NCBI GenBank assembly: GCA_000934665.2 | Contig: JYFJ02000248.1 | Location: 62,001 to 126,000, forward strand | Direction of reading: 5' to 3' | DNA from: Catajapyx aquilonaris | Lineage: Eukaryota | DNA length: 64,000 bases | Shown here: positions 24,172 through 35,200 of the stretch, in pieces | Position numbering within the stretch: position 1 is the first letter of the stretch | How the letters are laid out: each line of letters begins with the position of its first letter | Made by a program: the position numbers and the translations under genes | The notes under the pieces: generated by a model | The model's database searches: none | The model's input: only the letters and a program-made list of their open reading frames with translations | What the model was told of the DNA's origin: nothing

Positions 24172-24962
24172 GCAGTTCATCCTGCTTGACATATTGTTCG
24201 GGGAAGCCAGGGATATCAGACATATAGTATGCTTAATGTTCCAACCCTTTTTATGTGTCCAATGTTTTTATGCAATATAATAATAATATTTAACACAAGC
24301 CATGGGTAAAAGTTGTCAAGTAGGCCTACTTACAATTTGTCAAATGAGTCCGTCAGCTCCCACTGTTATGCGGCATCTGATGTTGCGTCTCCTTAAAGGT
24401 AGTGCTGTACGCTGGCTGTACGTGTAAACACCACTCATCACTAGTTAACATCCAGTACTGTACTGCAGGCGACAGCGCAGATAACACACTCAGTGCGATA
24501 GAAAGTCATGCTGAATGCTTCCATTTTTGTAATGACACCAAAATGACATCGTCACCACCCCTATATTGTCATTGGTTAGTGACAATAACAATGGTAGCAA
24601 AGGGGATGTAAGTTGGGACTTTATAAAAAATCGGACTGTTCATTACATTGATAGGGTAAAAGCAGAATTTTACACCGGACACAATTTTGCACTGAACCGC
24701 AGCCATTTGACTTGATACATTTTGACAGTAAGGCCCGTTTAGTTATTGAAGATCAGCTGGGCGCACCTGGTCTGTTGGGAATAGGTGCTGGACAACTACA
24801 AAAAAAAATGTGTGCAAATTGCTCGAGATGCAAGATCGGCCTTTATTCAGAATGGCGTTGTGCACAATACGAGTACATATATGTCACCCGAAGTGAAACG
24901 CTATCAATTAATGTATTATTATCTGACAACAGTGTTCGCATTCAAAGCTAAACTTTTCCTTC

Positions 24963-25003
24963 TTGTAGGAATGGCATCATATATTGTAGGAATGGCATCA
25001 TAT
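24963..25003. repeat. 21-bp tandem duplication between FAAH copy 6 and iav
   Basis: TTGTAGGAATGGCATCATAT(A) occurs twice in tandem. Confidence 0.9.
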
Positions 25004-25368
25004 TACACAGAACTGCACTGCTCTAGAAACAGAAAAATACAGTCTAGTATTGTAGAGAGTTATATTATAATTTATATTAGCTTATTCTGGTCTATGTGAT
25101 CTGAGACAGTTTTAACTATAGCACTGAATAGGTTACCATTGTTGTATACGGTTGCACAACCCATTTCATATAACAAAAATGGAAATTTTGTACGGTCATT
25201 ATGTGAGGAAGAAGGGAAATCCTCTATGACAATGTAAGGTACCAAATATTTCGGGAGCATTGTTCCTTGTCGTAGGCCTACATTTCAGAGACTCTACTTT
25301 TCCTTGTTTTACAGCTAGTATAACAACGGCCAAGTCCATTCCTCGCATTTTCCATTGGTATAGGTCTG

Positions 25369-28300
25369 TTAGATGTCATCCGGAGGCTCGTCCCATGCCA
25401 ATATCTTGTTCATATTGGCAATGCCTTTAGTGCTCCATCGCTTCATCTGGTCTGATCCTCTCCCTCCTCCTGCAGTCCAAGGCCTACCATCTATTCCTAA
25501 CGGTCTCTCTGCAGGAACTTCTGCAGCAGCAGCCGCAGCAGCAGCCCCTTCTCCATCCTGTGAGTGGACACTGGCACCGTTCTGAAGCCGGACAGCGCTC
25601 AAGTCCGGTTGCTGCATGGGAGCAACTCTTCTGGACGGATGGGCCGATTTGACCCTGAAAGTCCTGGACTTTGACCTAGCCTCCTGCTTGGCCACCAGCC
25701 TCTGGTTCTGAGGCTGCTCGATTATCGATTCGTCTTCTTCTTCCTCCTCCTCTTCCTCCTCCTCCTTTTCCTTCTCGCTGTTGCTGGTGTTTCCATCGTG
25801 ACTGTCCCAACTGGCTCCTTTTCTTATCACCTCCCATATCTCCTTGTCGCTCACGTAACCTTCGTTCACGCAACCTTCCGGATCAGAGTCGGTCTCACCA
25901 CGAAGGCTCTCTTTGGATGAAGACAGGTGGTGAGGGTCGCCTTCCACGGTCAGTGACCTATTCCGACCGATTGACCTCGACCTCTTTTGGCTGCTGCTCC
26001 GCCTCTCTTTCTTCTGCGTCTTCTTTCCAGAAGGTGCCTCCTCGTCGCTGGTGTCCAGACTCACCTTAAAGCTTTCCTTGTGCTCTGAGTGGATGATGAT
26101 TTCTGGTCGGCTTTGCTTCCGAGTTTTTGACGATTTGTCTTCCACGCTCTGACTGTGGACTACAGGCGGAGACAGGCTCTTTGGCTGGACCGGGATGCTG
26201 TTCAGAGGCTGGAGAGCTTTTGGACTCTCGCGTTTTGTTGGAGTAATGTTCGGAGCTGGAGCTACTGGTGCTATGTACGGAGTTGGAGCTACTGGTGCTA
26301 TGTTTGGAGGTGGATTTGCAGGTGGTGTAGGTGTAGCATCTGCAGCTCTCACTGTAGGATCTAAATGCTTCAGGTCCAAATCGGTTGCAAATGCTATTTG
26401 AGACAGCGCTTCGCCAAATCCCATTCCAGGTTTCTTCTCTGTAATGCAAAATTAGGAAGTAATTATGACGAACAGGATCAAACTACTGCTATTGTACTGC
26501 TCAAGTCCCAGTTCAACAGGCAGGCGAATATTTATCTAAAATATTTCAAGTGGTTTTCAGCTCAATTTGAGTGATTTTTTGCAACAAATCGTTTCAATAA
26601 AATTATGCAGAATATTGCAATTTCCAATTTTTTTCGTCCAACAAATCGCTCAAGGTGAGCTGAATTTTCATTCACTATTTTAATTAAAATTGGCACTCCA
26701 TATTGAGCTGGAAAGTTGAGCCTGCACCATACTATATTGCGTGCAATAACACATTCAGTGGCATATCATACCTTCTTCTTCATCTGAATCGGCACCTCCC
26801 AAATCCTTACCAAATGGTAGCTTTGTCAGAGCATTATCCAGACCCTTGTTGTCAACGGTCGAGTGTTTTCGAGGGCTTGAGTTGAAAATACAGTAGAATG
26901 TTCAAATTAACATAGACCGTCCAGCATTCAGCCTGTATAGTGTATACTATAGTAATTCAATACACGGTACCTTTGAGCAAGCGGAGTACATATGGAGTTT
27001 CTGTGTCCCCATATTTCCTCTCGAAGGTCATCTCCAGTGATGCCCCGTTTTCTCAGGTGTTTTATCGTTACTTTTCCAACGTGCTGAAATGATACATAAG
27101 TCACCCTTTTATCCCAATAGTAATTGACAGCCGAGCCAGTACCTTCCAGTTACTCAAAGCGCCCTTCCGTTGCCTGGCCTTTGTTTTGCTCTTACTCTTG
27201 ATGACCACAACGCCTCTGACTTCATCAGGGTCTCCTTCGTTACCGCTTAACTTGATGGAATACTCTCTCAAGAAGTCTTTGCATTTGCTGCCTTCGATGG
27301 CCAGCTCCAAAGTGACCACAATCTTCGCCCACTGCTTCATCCACTCCTTCTCACTTCTCTCAATTACTAGAGCGTAGGTGTTGCCCATCATAGCGATCAA
27401 CATGTTGAGCAGAAGGATGGGCACCAGAATCATGAAAACAACAAAAACAATCTTCGCCACTTTTGGATACATGGTGCCCTCTAACATGGTATACTGTGAA
27501 CAAATTGAACAATCAGAAACTGTACATGTTGTAATGAATAAAGGTTACCCACACTGTAAGATCCAAGCGTCATGTGAAAGAGAGCCATCCAGGTGCCATG
27601 GAAGGTATTGAAATGCTCTGGACTAGGATGACTTCGGAAGAGGAAGAAGAACGCTTGAGAGAAAGCAAGTGCAAACACGCAATAAATAATTCCAAATGTT
27701 AACATATCTCCCGTAATCATGCTGTAGATCATGGTGACAAACGGCCCTGTCAAACGAATAGCCCTGAAATGACAAGATCGCTTTTTGTCAATATCATCTT
27801 TGCAAGTTCATACGAGCCGGACGATATTTACCCTGCAAAAAACATCAAGAAAAACCAGGATCCAGGAACAGCAAAGGCCAGGATGGCCTCTTCTGTCGAC
27901 ACATCTCCGGTCAATCGAAACGGAATGCATAACAGCATCAAAAAATTGGACACCAAGAATATCGCTTTGGGCGGTGCGTGGCTCTGAAATTTAAATTGTT
28001 ACTTGAATTTGTTCTGTACCATCAAAATATTGGTTCAGTGCTTCATACCAAATTCTTGAGAAAACTAGACAATCCTTGATTTTTGATCTCCTCTCCTTGT
28101 TGAAATATGACAAAATAGAAGCAGCCAAGCACGTTAGCTATCTCGAAGCAGTACCGCGCGATGTCCCAAGCCGTAGTACCATGAAGGAGGTCAGACGGCT
28201 CCGGATTTCCTGACCGGAGATACACAGAGCCACTCACTAGCACCAGGTAAAACACCAGGATTCCAAGTCGCTTCATAAACTGTCCCTGAGCGAATGTCTT

Positions 28301-29852
28301 CCACTTCTCTTCCAGCAACATCTGGATAATCCCACCTTCCAGCATGTCCAAATGCTCCTCTTTTTGTCCGTTCAGGATGATGAAAAGGGCCGAATTCCAG
28401 TCTAAAAAGTAATGAAAGGTCAAGGTGAACTATGTTACTGAAAGTGGGCAAAAACCACAATGGTAATTCTACTGTCCCCTGAGAATACAATGTTATGTGA
28501 CCAACAATACTCTTGAGCTTTTTTGTTTTCAATAATTCAGTAATAAGTAGTGCTGTAAATACTTGTTTTTCCGTCTGGCATGATGGTGTCCAAGGCATTG
28601 AGAGGATATCCCGAGCATGTGACATTGCTGTACCTCCAGAACTCTCTAGCGCTGAGTTCCAACATCTCTTTGAACACTTCAGCACGACCGAGTTTACACG
28701 CTAGAGTCAACGGAGTCAATCCATTTTTGTTGAGTATACCATTGCTGGCTGGATCTATCGGATGACGTAACGCATATCCGTACATGCCCTGGGAAAAAAG
28801 TACAGTAATGAATCATTCTGACACAATTGATCGAGTGAATGTGAACTTGCCAGCTGATTAGTGACGACAACCATGTGCAGAATCATATTTCCAAAAGTGT
28901 CCTGGTCGTCCGGTTCTGCGTTGTGGTCCAAAAGGAGGTTGTAGACAGTCTCGTTTCCAACACAAGCAGCCCATGCCAGAGGATACTCGCCCAAATATGC
29001 CAGGCCTTCATAATCTGTACTTGGTGCAGGACGCGGACCTTGCTGGTCTCGAGGCAGGAAGAAGCTTCCTGTATAAAGACAGACCTATTAGCCTGGAGTT
29101 AGCAATATTAGCAGAAGGACGTACCTATAGCACGCTGATGGATATTGGCTCCCTTATTCACCAGTAAATGCACTAACTCGTTATTTGCGTATGCGATTGC
29201 CAAATGGAGAGCACTGGCTCCTGAAATGTTTCAGAATGTCACAAATTTTGTGGAGAATTTGCACGACTTTTTTTGGACACGTACCGAGGTACTCCTCTCC
29301 TTCCACCCCGTCTATGGCTAGTCTCGGAAATAGTTTGAGCAGAAGACGAGCCAACTTGGTGTGGATCTTGGTATCGCACATGATCAGGATGTGCAGCAGC
29401 GTTTCTCCCAGAGAACCTCGATACTGCATTTTCCAGCAGGCTTCGTGGTCTTCCCATTTGGACAACGGATCGTGCCTGCTCAGCGACGCCTCCAATGGCA
29501 GCACAATCTAGATTATACAAAACCAGACGTAAACATAAATTCGATCAAATGCAATTAATACACTCACATGCTCCTGGTTTCTAAACTTCCACCGTATGTA
29601 CTCGGCCCTGGTGATGACCTGTCCAAGACCCTCGTTGTACATGAGCATTGGAAACCTTTCCTTCATCAGCTCCTCCACTTTCATGGCTCCTCCGACATTG
29701 AAGGCATCCACCAGCTCACCTCCTTTGTTGTAGTTGGCCAGCTGGTACAAAAGGCAGTCATCCTCTGTCGAGGCCTGAGATATGACCCGATCTAGTACTT
29801 CTCCTGGGTCGGTGCCCTGATGTGATCCTGATCCGCCACAAGCGTTGCCCAT
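25369..29852 (-). CDS. iav: TRPV cation channel Inactive (Iav/OSM-9 group); exons 29852-29568, 29507-29285, 29220-29125, 29068-28851, 28788-28563, 28401-28049, 27983-27832, 27763-27553, 27493-27143, 27083-26971, 26875-26772, 26438-25369 (~1133 aa)
   Basis: N-terminus [27 protein letters not shown]. Ankyrin repeats ([28 protein letters not shown]). TM region with [29 protein letters not shown] and TRP-box [12 protein letters not shown]. My exon join is in frame throughout. Confidence 0.93.
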
Positions 29853-30432
29853 GGCCTCTTAACCTGCTTCAGGAAAAAGAGATCAATCCAGGCACAATGC
29901 AAATCAAGGGACGATATCGCCGACAGACACCAAGTTGGGTGGACTAAAAATATGATCAAACAGCAGGGAAGGTAATGAGGTGAGGGTCACATCGCACTTG
30001 ACTCCTAGTTTTAAAAGTATGGCAACACTGGTCACAGAGAGGGTTAGTTACATGCACAATATTTATCCTGAGATTGCATTCATGTACAGGTTATTTTCAT
30101 GGATTACTACATTGGATTCATTGGATTACTACATGTTAATTTAATTTGCTAATAAGCTTCACCCATAATTATAATGATTTAGACACCAGCGCAATTACTG
30201 TCTTAACCCTAGTAAACATTGGCGTGAAACACATCATGCAACCCGCCAGTAATGACATATGCCCAACCTATTCTCCTGAGAAAATAACTAGACATTGTTA
30301 AATCGCTCCGGTTGTTACACGGCATTCGGTCCAATTAGTCGCAAAATTAGCCTGCGCCAAACCCAGTCGATAAAGCATGAGTGCCAACCTCCTCTGAGCT
30401 GATATTGAAGAGCCCTCGTCCAAGATAATTCA

Positions 30433-30446
30433 GTTGCCATGTCAAT
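30433..30446 (-). promoter_or_regulatory. RFX X-box (GTTGCCATGTCAAT) with overlapping forkhead motif GTCAATA upstream of iav
   Basis: 12/14 match to the palindromic X-box GTTGCCATGGCAAC. It lies just upstream of a putative non-coding first exon (donor AG|GTTGGC at 30388, acceptor at 29864). A second forkhead motif, GTAAACA, is at 30212-30218. Confidence 0.6.
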
Positions 30447-32291
30447 AAAAAGCTCTGCATGATGTCCTTATCCTCATCAAGAGAAGTCTGATCCGCCAAA
30501 AAATCGGTGCACTCGACACGTGACCTGAAGTAGGTCAGTGGACCAAATAGAAGTCAGAAATGATGGTATAGGTGAAGGCTATCCATGGTCAGGTGTGCTA
30601 AAGAAATCCATCGCCCACCTCACCCACCACCCCTTGTCTGCTAATCCGTTCCATTTGGCCCCAACTGTGCCAGTCTCCGTTCCTGGCCGCACATGCGAAC
30701 TTCCTAGCTTCATAGCCCCAATGCTATACCATCTCTAGGAAACCAATAGCTATACTAAGATGTCTCTGCGTAGTACCAGATTGAGTAGTGGGGGAGGGAA
30801 GGGGGAGGTAATATTGCTGCAGAAAAACGGATTACCAACTAACCAAATTTGAGCTCTCAGACACTTTCAAAAGGTCAGCTGTGATTCATATTCTATAGAA
30901 GAATCGGAGACTTCAAGCCTCAAAATCACATGTTTTTAGTAATTTGGTCAATATTATTTTACAGAAGTTGGACGAAATATATTGTTCAGTGAATTTATTC
31001 AAAAGGCTGCTTCATATGTGTATAACTGGAGGAAAACCACTTAATTTACAGGCAACCAATATTTATAAACAAGTGCCAAATGAGAGGCATGAGATCAAAA
31101 ACAGGGACAAACTGGCAGTAAAATGAGCCAAGATTTGAAGATTACTTAGCTGTCCATAATATGTTTCCGCAGCGCAGCTAAGCAAAATAATGTGGAATAA
31201 TTAATACCAAATGACATTAAAATACATCATTGCTGCACGTATTTGTGTTACACCCCCCAAAAGTGGACTTTGCTGTTTTTTTTAACCCCTCGAATATTCT
31301 GCCATGTCCATTGTCACGTCGAATTTTGGTAGCATTGCAATTCAAATGATATTAAGTCAGTGACACTTTCATATATGTGTCAAGATCTATTTACGTCCTC
31401 AAAAGAACAAACGTGTTATGCGACCAACAAGGACAAAAATATATCGGCCGACCTTGAATCTTGGATGTGGTACTTACTGTTGATGAGGGATTGGTGCCAA
31501 TTTGGCCGATGTCATCCTTCAGAAGCCTTCATCACTTTAGCCCCGATCCTGCGATGAGGCCAGGTATAAACTGCTTCTGCCCACGTGCCTAACTATCGAA
31601 CTCTGTGTGCCACCTGCGCCCTTTTACCTGCGTTTTTCAGGTCCACTCAACTCATCAGGGGCTCCACCTGTCGAGTGCGACGAATCACAAGCCAGCTCCC
31701 ATTTATCCAATGTCAGTCACTTGTCCAAGCAATAATAAGCAGTGGCATATGTAAAATTTCGCTTTTTTTATTAAGTAGCCAAAAAACTTTTTTTTTGTAC
31801 AATATTCATAACATTAAGTAGAACATTGCTCTGATTTTGAATATTTTGACCCTATGCCTCACACAAGCTTTCATAACAATATGCATTTACAAGGTGGTAC
31901 GATGCCAAAGTCCCTGGTTCATGGGAGGGTGTGTGGACATCGGTGTGGACTTGTTTACTCCAAAAAATCATCAACATTTCCACATTTTGAGCTGGAGGCT
32001 AGGGCAGCATACCGCCTCGTATTGCATGTAACATGTCTCCCACATAGCACACGTAACATGTGCACGTAACTAAATGGCACTCTCCTCACATGCATTCACA
32101 GGATATTTGGCACGCAAACAGTCAACAGCAATGATGAAGCACCAATCATGTAATCAACAAGGTATTTAAGCCTCACAGGGCATTAAGTGTATCAAAATTG
32201 ACTATGATGTAGTACTCTGTGTGTGTGTGTTTTTTTAATTTAAAAAGGCCACGGTTATCACTGCTCCTTTAGGAGGAGCGTCATGATTGAA

Positions 32292-35200
32292 CTACTGCCG
32301 AAAAAAGGGTCCTTCCTCGGCTACGGACCCACTTCGCCAACTTCGGTCTAAAAAGGACGATGAGGGCCTAGGAAGAGTGCTGCTCATGTAGGTTGGACTG
32401 GTGAATCCTCCAAGTGGACTTCGGTATGACGAAAGGCTCACGTCTGGATCCAAATACGAGCTGTACCTGAAAATATGCCCGAAACCGTTACAAAAATTCA
32501 TTGCGGAAAGTCGATAGAAATAGCTGGGTTCACACGGCCGTCTTTGGTCTTTGAGTCATTGCAGGATCCACCAATCAGTGCTGGTCCGAAGATCCAAAAA
32601 GACAATGACGACATTGTGAACCTAACGTAACAGCATGTCATTTTACAATTAAAAAAGTCTCCTTCATCAAAAAAAAATAATGCGAAATGACACACTGTGA
32701 AGTTGTGATGAAGGTATAAGTTGTTCTCGTGTGTATTCGTGTGACATTCTCCTTGTGCTACAGCATACGTTAGGCTCAGCAGAAAAAAAAGTTCAAATAT
32801 GCACGTTAGAAAGTCAGAGACCAAAAAATTAAAAGAGAAAATAGAAAAACTCAAAAAAAGTGGGGTTACTAACATGTACACACGAGACAGAACCTGTGAA
32901 AAACCGAGAGTTAAACAACTCCTTAAGCAGATGTGCACAGGATTCATGGTAACACAAAATTTGGCAAATATTCATTGAAGATTTGTGGAACGATCTGCTA
33001 ATTATTTGTGATTTCTAGAATATTTGATGATTTTTCGCGAATCATTTCGGACTTATGCGATTTGTAGATTTGCGAGCAATTGTGTACACTAGACTTCTGG
33101 AGTTGTTTTTTTCCCTCGACCTGAACCAATCGGTACAACAATCATTCCTTAACAACTAACAGGAAAGTTTTTCACCAGACCCGGATGGGGCAACCTTCCA
33201 TAGAGAGCATAATAGCATTTGGGAAGAGGCGGTGAGTCTTGGTCATGCAAAAATATATAGGAAGAAACGGTTCTTTCCAACAGTCGTTTGATTCCCCAAC
33301 CTGTTGGTCCTCCTTCCCAGAGGATCTCTGCTGCTGAGCAGACCTGTCTCCAGGAGGGAACTACGCTTTGGGGTGTGATCTTCCTCGCCAGTCTGCAACT
33401 GTGAGAGAAGCGCGCCCAGACGAGATGAGGACTGTCGCCTGGTGGAGTAGCTTTTCTGCTGCTTGACTTCAGGTGTTGTGGCTTCACGGTCGCTCGTCTC
33501 TGTCACGTCCTCTTCAGGTATCATCCCCCCATTTTGATACTGAAACTCTTGCCCTTCGATCAAGGGAGGTCCGTACACTGACACTTTTCGACGAGGTTCT
33601 CGTCTTATGGTGGCGAAGATCGTGTCTTCGTCTCCGTGGTACCTGGTCGGAGGAAGAGACCACTCACGGTCTTCCCTGCTCCTCCGATGCGACCTGTGAT
33701 CACCGTTGTAGGACGGAGTTGGACTGGATTGTCCAGGTGTGTCACCCAAATGAAGTCTAGGTCTTGTCAGATGGTCCGAAAATTCTTTAGATGTCCTCCT
33801 CTGCTTGGACTTGTTCCGTCTGGCTGGTTCGTTAAACCTGGAGAAGAAGCTCTTTCGACGGATTCGCTCGCTCACACTCTCCTCCTCGTCTAGAAGACTG
33901 CTGCGGTCTAGGTTGTCCGAACACATGGACATGGAGTCCACACTGTCTGAAGGAGTCCGGGGAGAGTCATCAGTCGCTTCCTGAATTGACTCTGATGCGT
34001 CCAGAAGGTGATTGTCAAATCTTGGTTCGACAGCTTCTGGTGCCCTCATCCGTCGTCTCTGTGCAGCCTCTCCACTGCGAAGATCCAGTGCTAGATCAGA
34101 CAGTTCCTCAGCCCTGTCTCGTCTAGGCTTGGGCGCAATGTCAATCTTTTTGTCAGTCTTTTTACAAGATGAATTGTCAGATGCCATCAGGTTCGGCTTG
34201 ACATTTGCATCGGTCACACTCCGGCTTAGGTTGTTGCTTGGACGTGGTTCCTTCAGAATGTCCTTCATCTTGTCAGCAACCAGAACTTTCTTCTTGGAGT
34301 CCTCTGTGTTCATGTTGAACTCCATAGTGGCTGCTCTTCTAGTGTACTTCTGTCCTGCTGATTTTGGCTCCTCGTTAGGTTTGGGTTCTGTCGGACGTGG
34401 CTGTTCGTTAGGTCCGGTGAGTATCCCATCACTGACAGCACCGCAGTACACGGACTGGGCTCGGCGGAACCGGGGTGCCACGGGTGGAGGTGCCTTTCGT
34501 GCTTCTTCAAACTTCTTGAACCGGTTCAGGATTGAGTTGACCATGTTCAGACCTGTCTTGGGCTTTGGCTGAGGTTCTTCAGGTGGATCAGGCACCTTGG
34601 CTGCCTCCACCAGTGGGGTCAGCTTCTTGCGGATGACCACGTCTGGTCGCATCTTCAAGGTTCCTTTTGGCAGCTTCTCAGCAGCTGCTTTTTCAGCAGC
34701 GGCTTTCTCAGCAGCAGCCTTCTCGGCAGCTGCCCTTTCAGCTGCTGCTGTCTTCTCAGCTGCCTGTTCAATCTTCTGCTGCAAGCGCTCAGCATCCCGT
34801 CTCTTCTCCTCCACCTCCGCATCATCCTCTCTTTTCAGACCCATCAGACTCTGCGTCTGAAGGTCCCTCAGTCTTGGCAGTGTGGATGCACCTGTCACCA
34901 CGGCTGGCGACGTTTCCCTGCTGTCGAACATGGCTATGCGTCCTCCCACCACGCTGCGACTCCCACCATACCGACACTCACTGGCAGCCCTCATCTTCCG
35001 CTCGTCTTCAACTCCAAAGTGGTCGCCATGTGATTCACTGCTGGCCCTCTGGTACCTGCTGGACCCTACCCCACTGGTAAACCCAGACTTGCCCAATGAC
35101 AACCGGATGACTGAGTCTGAGCTCCGAGGCTGCTGTCCGGAGACAAAGCTAGTCTCATACATGGTCGGAGTGCGAGGGGATGAGGAGGAAGTAGAGAAGG

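Noticed and set aside
26252..26310. 27-bp repeats in the last iav exon
   Set aside because: An ordinary Pro/Ala-rich coding repeat (IAPVAP) in a disordered tail.
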